From Bryobacterales bacterium (GTDB lineage: Bacteria > Acidobacteriota > Terriglobia > Bryobacterales > UBA6623), in the NCBI GenBank assembly GCA_965226215.1, contig CBDDCH010000002.1, forward strand, positions 1,495,180 through 1,559,179: DNA of 64,000 nt, in the 5' to 3' direction. This document shows, piece by piece, positions 45,967 to 55,265 of the stretch. Numbering within the stretch: the stretch's first letter is position 1; every line of letters begins with the position of its first letter. Both the position numbers and the translations under genes were made by a program. A model generated the notes under the pieces. That model made no database searches and was not told the origin of the DNA. It saw only the letters and a program-made list of their open reading frames with translations.

Positions 45967-46914
45967 GTGCGCTCTCAGGCCACAGCGGAAGACGCCGGCA
46001 AACGCTTGGATCGATTCCTAGCGGAACAGATGCCCGAAACCAGCCGCGCGCGGATTCAGCAGTGGATCCGCGACGGACGAGTTACGATCGACCAGGCGCC
46101 GGGCCGGGTTTCGTTTAGGCTACGTGGCACGGAGTTGATTGCGGTCGATCCTGGTCCCGCCAAGCCGCTCAAGGCCTTCGCTGAGGAAATTCCGCTCGAC
46201 ATTCTCTACGAAGACGAAGACATCGCGGCCATCAACAAGCCTGCCGGAATGACCGTGCATGCCGGCGGAGGAGCCACGTCGGGGACGCTCGTAAACGCCT
46301 TGCTGCATCACTTTGGGAAACTCTCGGGGACCGGCGGTGAACTGCGTCCGGGAATCGTACACCGGCTGGACCGACTCACTAGTGGCGTCTTGCTGATTGC
46401 AAGAAACGACCGCGCCCACCGTCGCCTGGCCCGGCAATTTCAGTCCCGGCAAGTCAAGAAAACGTACTGGGCCCTCGTCCACGGCGATGGCACGCGGGGT
46501 CACCCAAAAGGCAGGCGCGTGGAAGCCGACAGCCAGTGGTGGACGCGCCTGGAAATGCCTGTCCATCGCGATCGCCGGCAACGCGCGAAAATGACCGCCG
46601 GCCGCTCCGGGCGCTCGGCCCAAACCGACTTCCGCCCGCTGCAACGCTGGCCGTCATTCACACTGCTTGAAGTTCGTATCGCGACCGGGCGCACCCATCA
46701 GATCCGCGTGCACCTGTCCTCGATCGGACATCCCGTCGTCGGAGACCGCCTTTACGGGGCGCCGGCCTCGGTCCCTGAACTTCCCAAACTCGAGCGCTTC
46801 TTTCTTCACGCACGGGCGATCGGATGTCGCCACCCCACGACCGATGCCCCCTTGGAAATCGAGGCGCCCCTACCGAAGGAACTCGAGAGTGTATTAGAAG
46901 CCTTGGAGGTATAA
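45967..46914 (+). CDS. RluA-family pseudouridine synthase with S4 domain (RluD-like)
   Basis: GKRLDRFL, INKPAGMTVH, GIVHRLDRLTSG, TGRTHQIRVHL and GHPVVGD.LY. Confidence 0.95.
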   Translation: MRSQATAEDAGKRLDRFLAEQMPETSRARIQQWIRDGRVTIDQAPGRVSFRLRGTELIAVDPGPAKPLKAFAEEIPLDILYEDEDIAAINKPAGMTVHAGGGATSGTLVNALLHHFGKLSGTGGELRPGIVHRLDRLTSGVLLIARNDRAHRRLARQFQSRQVKKTYWALVHGDGTRGHPKGRRVEADSQWWTRLEMPVHRDRRQRAKMTAGRSGRSAQTDFRPLQRWPSFTLLEVRIATGRTHQIRVHLSSIGHPVVGDRLYGAPASVPELPKLERFFLHARAIGCRHPTTDAPLEIEAPLPKELESVLEALEV

Positions 46915-46945
46915 TGAAGCGGGGTTTCAAGCAACGAAAATCGTC

Positions 46946-47890
46946 ATGAAGCGAGTCGGACTGCTGTTCTTATTGGTCGGCGCGATGTTCGCGCAAAACG
47001 GCAAAAACGCTCCGACCGGCAGCGTCTTTCCCGCCGACCCGGAATCGACGATCCGCGTCGAGGTCTTCCGAGTCCCGCTTCTGTTCACCGTCACGGATCA
47101 GAAGAATCACTTCATCACCAACCTGGATCGTGAGGATTTCAGGGTCTTTGATAAGGGGAAAAGGCAAGTCATCAAGGAGTTCGTTCGGGAGAGCGAACTG
47201 CCGCTACGGATCGGCATTCTGCTCGATACGAGTAACAGCATCCGCAACCGATTCAAGTTCGAGAAAGAGGCGGCGATAGAGTTCGTCCGAACGGTTTTAC
47301 AGGAAGAGAAAGACAAAGCTTTCTTGGTCAGTTTCGACACGCGCGCCGAGCTGATCATCGATTTCACCAACGATGCCGACGAGTTGGCGAGAGGCATTCG
47401 GTCAACGCGGGCCGGGGGCGGGACGGCGCTCTTTGACGCCATCTATTACGCTTGCCGTGACAAACTGCCCGAAGATTGGCCGCCCGAACAGTTTCGGAGA
47501 GCGCTCGTGGTCTTGGGCGACGGAGAGGACAACCAGAGCTCGGTGACTCGCGAGATGGCGCTTGACATGGCGCAAAAGGCCGAGACGGTTATCTATGCCA
47601 TCTCGACCAACCGTTCCGGTAAGTTTTTCCCGGGAGACAAGGTGCTCAAGAGATTCACGCAGGAAACGGGGGGCATCAAGTTTCACCCTTTTCAGGCCCG
47701 CGACCTGGAACAGTCTTTCGCCGATATCGCCAACGAGCTGCGTCACCAGTACTTCATTCTGTATTCGCCGAATAACTTTGAGCCGGACGGGAGCTTTCAT
47801 AAGATTCGAGTCAAGGCCCGCGTCAAAGACACTGTTGTGAGGGTCAGACGGGGCTACTACGCTCCCCTGCCGGGCGAGGAACGACGCTAG
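46946..47890 (+). CDS. Secreted VWA-domain protein (acidobacterial VWFA-related type)
   Basis: Signal peptide, FTVTD..FITNL..EDF, LLDTSNS (MIDAS), GGTALFDAI, LGDGEDN, ELRHQY and DGSFHKIRV. Confidence 0.9.
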   Translation: MKRVGLLFLLVGAMFAQNGKNAPTGSVFPADPESTIRVEVFRVPLLFTVTDQKNHFITNLDREDFRVFDKGKRQVIKEFVRESELPLRIGILLDTSNSIRNRFKFEKEAAIEFVRTVLQEEKDKAFLVSFDTRAELIIDFTNDADELARGIRSTRAGGGTALFDAIYYACRDKLPEDWPPEQFRRALVVLGDGEDNQSSVTREMALDMAQKAETVIYAISTNRSGKFFPGDKVLKRFTQETGGIKFHPFQARDLEQSFADIANELRHQYFILYSPNNFEPDGSFHKIRVKARVKDTVVRVRRGYYAPLPGEERR

Positions 47891-47928
47891 CCACTGCGGC
47901 CTGCCTACCGCCGCGTGGTGGTTTTTTT
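47891..47928 (+). terminator. Probable Rho-independent terminator
   Basis: CCAC-T-GCGGC / GCCGC-GTGG stem followed by T7. Confidence 0.6.
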
Positions 47929-47949
47929 CACGGGATCGTCAGATTTCAC

Positions 47950-47978
47950 TTTCGCTTTTTGTTCGCCTGTAGTAAAAT
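47950..47978 (+). promoter_or_regulatory. recA promoter with an overlapping LexA-box-like site
   Basis: TTTCGC-N17-TAAAAT, with TTTC-GCTTTTT-GTTC (one mismatch to GTTC-N7-GTTC) at 47950-47964. Confidence 0.55.
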
Positions 47979-48150
47979 CAGCAGTCAAGAGGTCAGATCG
48001 AGCGCATCACGGGTGTAGAAGCCGGACTCGATTCAGCCGTTCAATCAGCTTTTCCGGTGCAGGCTGCGAGCCGATCGGATAGAACGCTGATGCGTTATCT
48101 CTCGGGCTTCCCCAACGCTGGAACCTGACCTACAAAAAGGAGCTAATTAC

Positions 48151-49230
48151 ATGGATCAGCTAGACCGCGATCGCAGCTTAGAACTAGCCCTGAGTGAGAT
48201 TGAAAAGGCTCATGGAAAGGGCTCAATCCTACGCCTCGGTTCGCGCGAAGCCATCGTGCCGGTGAGCACGATTCCAACGGGTTCGATTTCCCTTGATGCC
48301 GCCCTGGGTGTGGGCGGATTTCCGCGCGGACGGGTCATTGAAATCTACGGCCCGGAATCTTCCGGCAAGACCACGCTCGCACTGTCCGCCCTGGCACAGG
48401 GCCAGAAACTTGGTGGCATGGCAGCTTTCATCGACGCTGAACACGCCATGGACCCCGGCTACGCCAAGCAGCTTGGCGTCGATGTCGATAACCTGCTCGT
48501 CTCACAGCCCGACTGTGGGGAGCAGGCATTGCAAATCGCCGACGTACTGGTGCGCTCCGGCGCAATCGAGGTGCTGGTTGTCGATTCGGTCGCCGCTCTT
48601 GTACCTCGCGCTGAGCTTGAAGGCGAAATGGGCGACAGTCATATGGGTCTTCAGGCTCGCTTAATGTCCCAGGCGCTGCGTAAGCTGACGGGCATAGTGT
48701 TTAAGTCCAACTGCTGTCTCATCTTCATCAACCAGATTCGGGAAAAGATCGGCGTCATGTTCGGCAACCCGGAAACCACGACCGGCGGACGGGCCCTGAA
48801 GTTTTATTCCTCTGTTCGGATTGACATTCGGCGCATCGCCGCCATCAAAGACGGCGATAGGATAATCGGCAATCGGACGAAAGCGAAAGTCGTCAAGAAC
48901 AAGGTCGCGGCGCCGTTTCAGCAGGCTGAGTTCGACATCATGTACGGCCAGGGCATCTCGCTCGAAGGAGACCTGCTCGATCTCGGAGTCGCCCACCGCG
49001 TCGTGGCGAAAAGCGGCGCTTGGTACTCCTACGGCGGGGACCGCATCGGTCAGGGGCGCGAGAACACGAAAGAATTCCTCCGCGAAAACACCGACATCCG
49101 TGATAAGCTGCACGTCGAACTACGACAGGCTCTAGGCTTACAGCCGCCTCCGGAAACCCAGTCGGCCGAAGGACCGAACGGCTCGCCCAAAGCCACTACG
49201 GCGGACGCCAGTACGGCCGCTCGGGCGTAG
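48151..49230 (+). CDS. recA: Recombinase A
   Basis: [36 protein letters not shown] and GGRALKFY. Confidence 0.99.
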   Translation: MDQLDRDRSLELALSEIEKAHGKGSILRLGSREAIVPVSTIPTGSISLDAALGVGGFPRGRVIEIYGPESSGKTTLALSALAQGQKLGGMAAFIDAEHAMDPGYAKQLGVDVDNLLVSQPDCGEQALQIADVLVRSGAIEVLVVDSVAALVPRAELEGEMGDSHMGLQARLMSQALRKLTGIVFKSNCCLIFINQIREKIGVMFGNPETTTGGRALKFYSSVRIDIRRIAAIKDGDRIIGNRTKAKVVKNKVAAPFQQAEFDIMYGQGISLEGDLLDLGVAHRVVAKSGAWYSYGGDRIGQGRENTKEFLRENTDIRDKLHVELRQALGLQPPPETQSAEGPNGSPKATTADASTAARA

Positions 49231-49271
49231 GGAGGTTTCGGCCGGAGCGAGGGCCGAATAGCGCAGCTTGT

Positions 49272-49332
49272 CTATTACGCTTTTCTCGCTACGCGGCGAG
49301 GCGAAGTGCGTGAGAAGGGCGTCAGGATGAGG
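49272..49332 (-). mobile_element. Inverted right-end fragment of MITE family C
   Basis: The reverse complement contains CTGACG..CACGCACTTCGCCTC..GCGAGAAAAGCG. Confidence 0.55.
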
Positions 49333-49513
49333 TGTGCGTAGCTCCCTCCGCCCTTTCGGGGCTCGACTCTGTGTGATCCCTACCCCCGGACCGCGGATTT
49401 CCATCCGCGGCTCTCCTGCGAGATTACAGGCCGCTCCCCGGGTATTCTTACCAACGGTTCGGGTTCACGTAGCGCTCCATTGGTTCGCCTCGCCACCTCG
49501 TGCCAATAGCGGC

Positions 49514-50614
49514 CTAATGACGCTGTCTCTTCTGCTTCCGATCCCGGCCCGGCGATTTTGGCCGGTCAGACACTTGCGCTGATTCAAACGTCGCCATTTC
49601 GTTGTAAAGCCGCAGGGCAGACTCGATGACGCCGATTGCCAAGGCGGAGCCAGTGCCCTCTCCCAAGCGCATGTCAAGCGACAAGAGGGGCTCGACCTCA
49701 AGAGCTTCCAGCATCACTCGATGGCCGGGCTCGGCGGACTGGTGCGAAAAAAAGAAGTAATCCCTAAGCAGAGGCGCCAGTCGAATCGCCAGTAACGCAC
49801 CGGCCGAGGCGATAAAACCGTCTACGACTACGGCCACACGTGAAGCGGCGGCCCCCAGGCAGAATCCGCCGACGCCCCCGATTTCGAAGCCGCCCACGGC
49901 GGCCAGAACTGCGATCGGGTCGGCAGGGTCGGGGTGATGCAGCTCGAGAGATCGCTCGATCACTTCGGCCTTGTGCTGAAGCTGGCTCTTGGTGATCCCC
50001 GTGCCGGAACCCACTAGTTCGCCGGGATCTTGGTCCGCAATCGCCGCCAGCACCGCACTGGCCGATGTAGTATTGCCGATCCCCATCTCCCCGACGCCCA
50101 ACAATCCAAACTCCAAACTTGCCGCCGCTCTGGCCAGAGCGATCCCCGTTTCGATCGACTGCACGGCCTGGTCCCTCGTCATCGCTGGTTCGCGCAAGAA
50201 ATTTCGCGTCCCGGGAGCCACTTTTCGGCGCACAACACCTGGAATCGAAGCCAGATCGTGATCCACACCCATGTCGACAATCACGGGGTCGATGCCGAAC
50301 TGCCGGCACAGGACATTGATGGCAGCGCCGCCGGAGACGAAGTTCCGCACCATTTGGTAGGTCACTTCCCGCGGATACGCGCTTACTCCCTCCGCCGTGA
50401 CGCCGTGGTCGGCGCAAAACACAAACAGCGACTTGCGGGGCAACGGCAGTTGCGTCTGGCCGCGCACCAGCCCATACTGCAAGACGATCTCCTCAAGACG
50501 TCCGAGGCTACCGCGGGGCTTTGTCAGGCTGTCCAGCCGGTCTTGGATTTGCTTGGCGAGACGCGGGTTCGCCGTGGGGGAGATTTGGCCAAGAGTCTGA
50601 GTAAGTAGCTCCAT
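49514..50614 (-). CDS. cobT: Nicotinate-nucleotide--dimethylbenzimidazole phosphoribosyltransferase
   Basis: LTKPRGSLGRLE, ADHGV..GVSAYP, GGAAIN, GEMGIGNT, GGFEIG, VDGFI and MRLGEGTG. Confidence 0.95.
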   Translation of the reverse strand: MELLTQTLGQISPTANPRLAKQIQDRLDSLTKPRGSLGRLEEIVLQYGLVRGQTQLPLPRKSLFVFCADHGVTAEGVSAYPREVTYQMVRNFVSGGAAINVLCRQFGIDPVIVDMGVDHDLASIPGVVRRKVAPGTRNFLREPAMTRDQAVQSIETGIALARAAASLEFGLLGVGEMGIGNTTSASAVLAAIADQDPGELVGSGTGITKSQLQHKAEVIERSLELHHPDPADPIAVLAAVGGFEIGGVGGFCLGAAASRVAVVVDGFIASAGALLAIRLAPLLRDYFFFSHQSAEPGHRVMLEALEVEPLLSLDMRLGEGTGSALAIGVIESALRLYNEMATFESAQVSDRPKSPGRDRKQKRQRH

Positions 50615-51001
50615 GAATCCGTGCGGACCCATTGTCTCAGACGATTCGCCGGGACGGTTGCCAGTGGGCGAACGACGCGTTCGTTTGGGTCGCTTTGCCT
50701 AATGCTGTTCCGGGCCCACATTTTCGTATATGAGGCAGATTGAGCGGGCTTTCAAACAACCAATACTGGGCAAGATCTGTGGCGGTTTTCGGGGCCGTTG
50801 CCGGTCGAAGTCCCACCGGACTGCACTATTGAGCCACGGGCTCCCTGGAAAAAGTTGGGCTTTTCGGATTTTTCCGCCAACTCTTCTCCAGCCGGGCCGT
50901 TGATTAGCTACAATACGTGCTGAAAATTGCATGGGTGGAGCTTTCCCCCGCTGACAAAATCGCGCCGCCAAGGCGCATGGAAGCTTGAGGAGTGCTACCT
51001 G

Positions 51002-52321
51002 ATGCCCAAGCCACCAAGTCACCCTGTTATCGTCGTCCCCGGCATCACAGCCACCGCACTGCGCGACGAGTACCCCCTGCCGACCGAGTCGGTTTGGTCG
51101 GTGCTGCGCAAGGATTACGCCCGGGTTGCTCTGCATCCCGACAACCTTCGCTATGAAGCCCGCGAACCGGCGCGCCTAGCGGCGGACCAACTTTTCGGTG
51201 TTGCCTACGAGGAGTTTATCGAGGAGCTGCGCTACAACCTGCGCCAACGAGAAGACGAACCGGTCCCCGTTTTTCCTTTCGCCTACGACTGGCGGCACCC
51301 ATTAGAAGTCATCGAACGTCACCTAGAGGCGTTCGTTGAAGAGGTGATCGAGCGAACCAAGTTGCTGAAGCACTACCACAACAGCGGCTATGGAGACGAT
51401 CCAAAGGTTAACGTTGTGGGGCACTCTATGGGTGGACTTGTGATTGCCGGGTACCTCGAGCGGGCTGGGAACAAAGCTCGCGTGGCGAAGGTAGCGACGC
51501 TGGCGACGCCTTTTCGGGGGTCATTCGAAGCGGTCGTCCAGTTGGCAACCGGAACTTCGAATCTGAGCGGGGCCGCCCCCAGCTCTCGCGAGCGGGAAAC
51601 AGCCCGCGTCACCCCGGCTCTTTACCACCTGATTCCGAGCTTCAGGCGAGGCCTAGAGGTCGCGCCTGGGCTGCCAAAGTCGCTCTTCAACGTAGACATT
51701 TGGCAGCCGAGCATCGTCAGTACGCTCTCTGAATACATCCGTCTCAAAGGCTTGCCGCCGAAGGATCCCAAGGCGCCCAAACGGCTTGATCGCGCCAAAC
51801 AGCTGTTTGCCAGTCTGCTCGCGGCGGCGCGCGCCCATCGCAAGCGAGTTGACAGCCTCAAGCTTTCCCAAGCCGGGCTAGATGCGAAAGACTGGCTCTG
51901 CGTGGTCGGTGTGGACGCGGAAACGCGCGTCAAATTGGAAGTCATTCGACAAGGCAGGTATCCCGACTTTCGAATCACGGGCAAGCACCGCGTGAATCAA
52001 TGGGATGACGCCGACAAGGATCGGTCGTTGACCGGCGACGGAACAGTGCCTTTCGCAGGCGGTGTCCCGAATTTTCTGCCGCTTGAAACCCTCGTCTGTG
52101 TGACTCCGGGCGATTTTGGCTACTGGGAAGTCTCAGATAAGGCTCTGATGAAGGTAGCCGGTTTCCATGGCATCATGCCGAACATGAACATGCTGCACCG
52201 GCTGGTGGTTCGGCATTTCACCGGCAGAAGCGACCGACGCCAAAACACATGGGGCCGACCGGCGCCATCGGTACAAGACAAAGACTGGCAGCCTCCCTTG
52301 CGCCTGCGGAACAAAGGTTGA
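51002..52321 (+). CDS. Alpha/beta hydrolase, LCAT/PGAP1-like lipase-acyltransferase
   Basis: PVIVVPGI, FAYDWR, VVGHSMGG (GxSxG), LATPFRGS and GDGTVP. Confidence 0.82.
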   Translation: MPKPPSHPVIVVPGITATALRDEYPLPTESVWSVLRKDYARVALHPDNLRYEAREPARLAADQLFGVAYEEFIEELRYNLRQREDEPVPVFPFAYDWRHPLEVIERHLEAFVEEVIERTKLLKHYHNSGYGDDPKVNVVGHSMGGLVIAGYLERAGNKARVAKVATLATPFRGSFEAVVQLATGTSNLSGAAPSSRERETARVTPALYHLIPSFRRGLEVAPGLPKSLFNVDIWQPSIVSTLSEYIRLKGLPPKDPKAPKRLDRAKQLFASLLAAARAHRKRVDSLKLSQAGLDAKDWLCVVGVDAETRVKLEVIRQGRYPDFRITGKHRVNQWDDADKDRSLTGDGTVPFAGGVPNFLPLETLVCVTPGDFGYWEVSDKALMKVAGFHGIMPNMNMLHRLVVRHFTGRSDRRQNTWGRPAPSVQDKDWQPPLRLRNKG

Positions 52322-52370
52322 GGCCTTCGGATCATCCCGAACATCATGACCGCCGGGGTCAAGAACCCTC

Positions 52371-52751
52371 ATGAGCCGCGAGGATTTCGAAGAGTTGGCC
52401 GATCGGGCCTGGCAATCGATACCCAAGAGCTTCCGAGATCGCTTTTCGAACGTGGCCGTTTTCGTCGAGCAAGAGCCGGCGCCTTCGGACTTGCGTGCCG
52501 CCCGAGTTCCCCCCCGGGGGACCTTGCTCGGACTCTACCAGGGTGTGCCGCTCTTGCGGCGGGGTCATGGCTACGGGATGGTTTTGCCGGACAAAGTAAC
52601 GCTATTTCAGGGGCCGATTGAGCGCTCCGCCCGACGGGCGGAAGAGATCCCTCAGATCATTTACGACACGTTGTGGCACGAGCTGGCCCATCATCTGGGC
52701 ATGAACGAGAAGGAGGTTCGCGACGCCGAACGCCGGCGGGGAAGGCGGTGA
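52371..52751 (+). CDS. Zinicin-like metallopeptidase (DUF1025 type)
   Basis: LLGLYQGVPL, PDKVTLFQGPI and HELAHH (HExxH). Confidence 0.88.
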   Translation: MSREDFEELADRAWQSIPKSFRDRFSNVAVFVEQEPAPSDLRAARVPPRGTLLGLYQGVPLLRRGHGYGMVLPDKVTLFQGPIERSARRAEEIPQIIYDTLWHELAHHLGMNEKEVRDAERRRGRR

Positions 52752-52754
52752 ACG

Positions 52755-52918
52755 TTAGCCCGCTTTCTCACGAGCTAACGGTCGAAGCACGGGATAGGCC
52801 CGCCATTACTTGGTTGCGCTTGCTGGCCGTCCGTAAGTATGCCTCCGCGCGCCGCACGCCTTGTACTGGCGGGCTTCTCAGGCACTTCGCGTCGCCACCA
52901 CGTGACAAAGCGGGCTAA
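52755..52918. mobile_element. Complete MITE family C (164 bp)
   Basis: TTAGCCCGCTTTCTCAC / GTGACAAAGCGGGCTAA terminal IRs (16 of 17 match); colinear with 59726-59908. Confidence 0.82.
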
Positions 52919-52943
52919 ATCCCTGAACCAAGGAAGCCCCGAA

Positions 52944-54641
52944 TCAGCCCTGGTATCCCAGAACAAGCAACGTTAAGTCGTCGTTCTGCGGAGCTCCCGC
53001 AGTGAAAGAGCTGACCTCCTCCCGAATGGATTGAAGCAGCTTCGGGGCGCTGGAGGAGGCGTGGCGCTGTGCGGCTTCCTTCAGGCGCTCTTCGCCGAAC
53101 TGCTCATTCGACCAATTGACAGCCTCGGAGACGCCGTCGGTGTAGACAATCACCTTGTCACCTTGCGATAGCGTAAACTCCCGTTGCGGAAACTCCGCCT
53201 CAGGGAAAAGTCCGATCGGGGAGCTGGTCGCATTCAGCCATTCCGTTTCTCCCGAGGCACGCACAAGTATCGCCGGGCAATGACCCGCGCTGACCCATCG
53301 CGCGGTGCCGTCGCGCTGCACCAAGCAGTAAAAGACAGTCGCGAACCGGGCCGAACGCGAGCGCTCACAGATGTAGCGATTTACTCGGGCTACGATTTCA
53401 GAGGGCCGGGAATCGAGCGATGCGGTGGCGAAAAAAGCGCCCTGGATGAGAGAAGTCAACAGGGCGGCCGACACGCCCTTGCCCGAGACGTCAGCTTGGA
53501 CAACGCCCCAGTGGTCCTCGGACAACTCCATGACGTCGAAATAGTCCCCGCCCACCTGGAAGCAGGCCTCGCTACAGCCCTCGGCCACCAACCAGCCCTC
53601 GGTGGGCAGTTGCGCGGGCAGCATCGTCTGCTGGATGTCGCGAGCGATCTTGAGTTCCTGCTCCAGCGACTGCTGCTTGTGTTCCTGGGCCAGCAAACGA
53701 GCATTTTCAAGCACCGTCGAAATCTCGATCGCCAGTGTCTGGAGCCGTTCCCGATTGGCTGCCGACAGGTCGCCCGTGACCTGCTTCGAGTCCATGTAGA
53801 GAGCGCCCAACGTATCCTCGCCGGGGGAAAGCAAACTCGTTTCGTGCTGTTGGCCGATTCGTATTCGCACCAGCGGTACGCAAATGACGCTCCTGAGCTC
53901 GAGCCGAGCAACGGTTTCGCCCAACTCTGTGTCGGCCGTCTCTTCCTTGGCGGGGTCAAAGGTCATCGACAGCAGATCCCGGCGTCTGGTAAGGGCTTCT
54001 TGGATCACCCGACGCGGCACGTGCAGTTCGTCGGCAGTCAACTGTTCGCCGCTGAGGTCTCGAGCAACTTTAACTTCCAGTTCCCCCGATTGATCCGTCA
54101 GCATCAGGAAGCCGCGCTCGGCTCCGGTCACGACCAGGGCCGCGTCGACAGCCGCGGCAAGAACTTCGTCAACTGCGAGTGACGCTTGCAGCGCCCGCGC
54201 CACTTCCAACACTGCACTAAGACGACCCAAGTTGCCCGTGCCCTCGCTTTCGGGCATGGCGGCGACCTTTTCCATCAGCGGAGCTGTGAAGGTTAGGTCC
54301 TTTCCGATTACAAGACGGTAGGAGTCTTCGATACCGAACTCGATTTCGTCTCCCGGACGCAGTTCGTGGCGGTCGACTTTCTTTCCGTTGACGAACAATC
54401 CGTGGCGGCTTTTGCTGTCTTCGATGTAGTATTTTGAGCCTTCGAGCAGGATTTGTCCGTGGTTGCGGGAAACGCGACTGTCTCGCAGGGGGATTTCGCA
54501 CTCGGGGAGACGGCCGATGCGAAACGGGCTATGGGTCACCTGAACCTCGTACCTCTCCCCGGATGGACCGATGACTGTTACCGTCAAGACGGTGTTGCGG
54601 GGACCGCGTGGCGGAGCCGAGGCCGCAGTGTCCGCGGACAT
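52944..54641 (-). CDS. FHA-GAF-SpoIIE (PP2C-type) protein phosphatase
   Basis: FHA (IGRLPEC..VSRNHG..DSKSRHGLFVNG), GAF (LRSVICVPL..GALYMDS) and PP2C (VGGDYFD, ADVSGKG, SAGHCP, YTDGVSEA, DDLT). Confidence 0.92.
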   Translation of the reverse strand: MSADTAASAPPRGPRNTVLTVTVIGPSGERYEVQVTHSPFRIGRLPECEIPLRDSRVSRNHGQILLEGSKYYIEDSKSRHGLFVNGKKVDRHELRPGDEIEFGIEDSYRLVIGKDLTFTAPLMEKVAAMPESEGTGNLGRLSAVLEVARALQASLAVDEVLAAAVDAALVVTGAERGFLMLTDQSGELEVKVARDLSGEQLTADELHVPRRVIQEALTRRRDLLSMTFDPAKEETADTELGETVARLELRSVICVPLVRIRIGQQHETSLLSPGEDTLGALYMDSKQVTGDLSAANRERLQTLAIEISTVLENARLLAQEHKQQSLEQELKIARDIQQTMLPAQLPTEGWLVAEGCSEACFQVGGDYFDVMELSEDHWGVVQADVSGKGVSAALLTSLIQGAFFATASLDSRPSEIVARVNRYICERSRSARFATVFYCLVQRDGTARWVSAGHCPAILVRASGETEWLNATSSPIGLFPEAEFPQREFTLSQGDKVIVYTDGVSEAVNWSNEQFGEERLKEAAQRHASSSAPKLLQSIREEVSSFTAGAPQNDDLTLLVLGYQG

Positions 54642-54650
54642 GGGCACTTA

Positions 54651-55163
54651 CTAGGACGCGCGGGGCGAGCGTTTTGGGCGGGCGAGATTGTTGGCGTGGT
54701 TTTCCGTCGCCTCGCCGCTGCTGCCTAACGCCGTGGTCTGGCAATCAGCGCAATAGCCTCCGACTTCGGTTCTGGCGACAAGGATTCGAAAGCCGAAGTC
54801 GGACTCGATTTGTTGCTTGAGTAACTGCAGCGGCTCCCCAAAAAATTCCTGGACGCCGCCGCAGCGAAGACAAACGATGTGGGCGTGCTCCCGCTTGAGC
54901 CGTGTTTCGTAGTAGTGCTGATCTCCTTCGTGGTGTAGCAGATCCAACTCGTCAATCAAGCCCTCTTGCTTGAGCAGCTTTAGCGTGCGGTAAACGGTAA
55001 CGCGGTTGATCTTGGGATCGCGTTTTTTCGCCAATTCATAGAGTTGGTCCGCATTGAGGTGCCTGTGAGAATGGTGAATGATCTCGAACAGGAGTTCCCG
55101 TTGGCGGGTTAGACGAATACCGTGCTTTCTTAGCGGGACTTTGAGAGAAGTTTCGCTAAGCAC
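54651..55163 (-). CDS. fur: Fur family transcriptional regulator
   Basis: RLTRQR, HLNADQLY, TVYRTLKLL, HAHIVCLRCG and GYCADC. GTG 55163 follows a GGAGAG RBS. Confidence 0.9.
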   Translation of the reverse strand: MLSETSLKVPLRKHGIRLTRQRELLFEIIHHSHRHLNADQLYELAKKRDPKINRVTVYRTLKLLKQEGLIDELDLLHHEGDQHYYETRLKREHAHIVCLRCGGVQEFFGEPLQLLKQQIESDFGFRILVARTEVGGYCADCQTTALGSSGEATENHANNLARPKRSPRAS

Positions 55164-55265
55164 GGCAAGGGCTCTCCATGTTCGGCCATTATCGTAGCAC
55201 AACGAACTTCGAATCCGTAGCGCTATCATGAGGGGAAGTACGTTCTCCGCCCACATAGGCTAGCT

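Noticed and set aside
50633-51001. Cobalamin riboswitch upstream of cobT
   Set aside because: The conserved GGGAA..GCCCCCGCAACTGT and GCCAG..ACCTGCC elements were not found on either strand.
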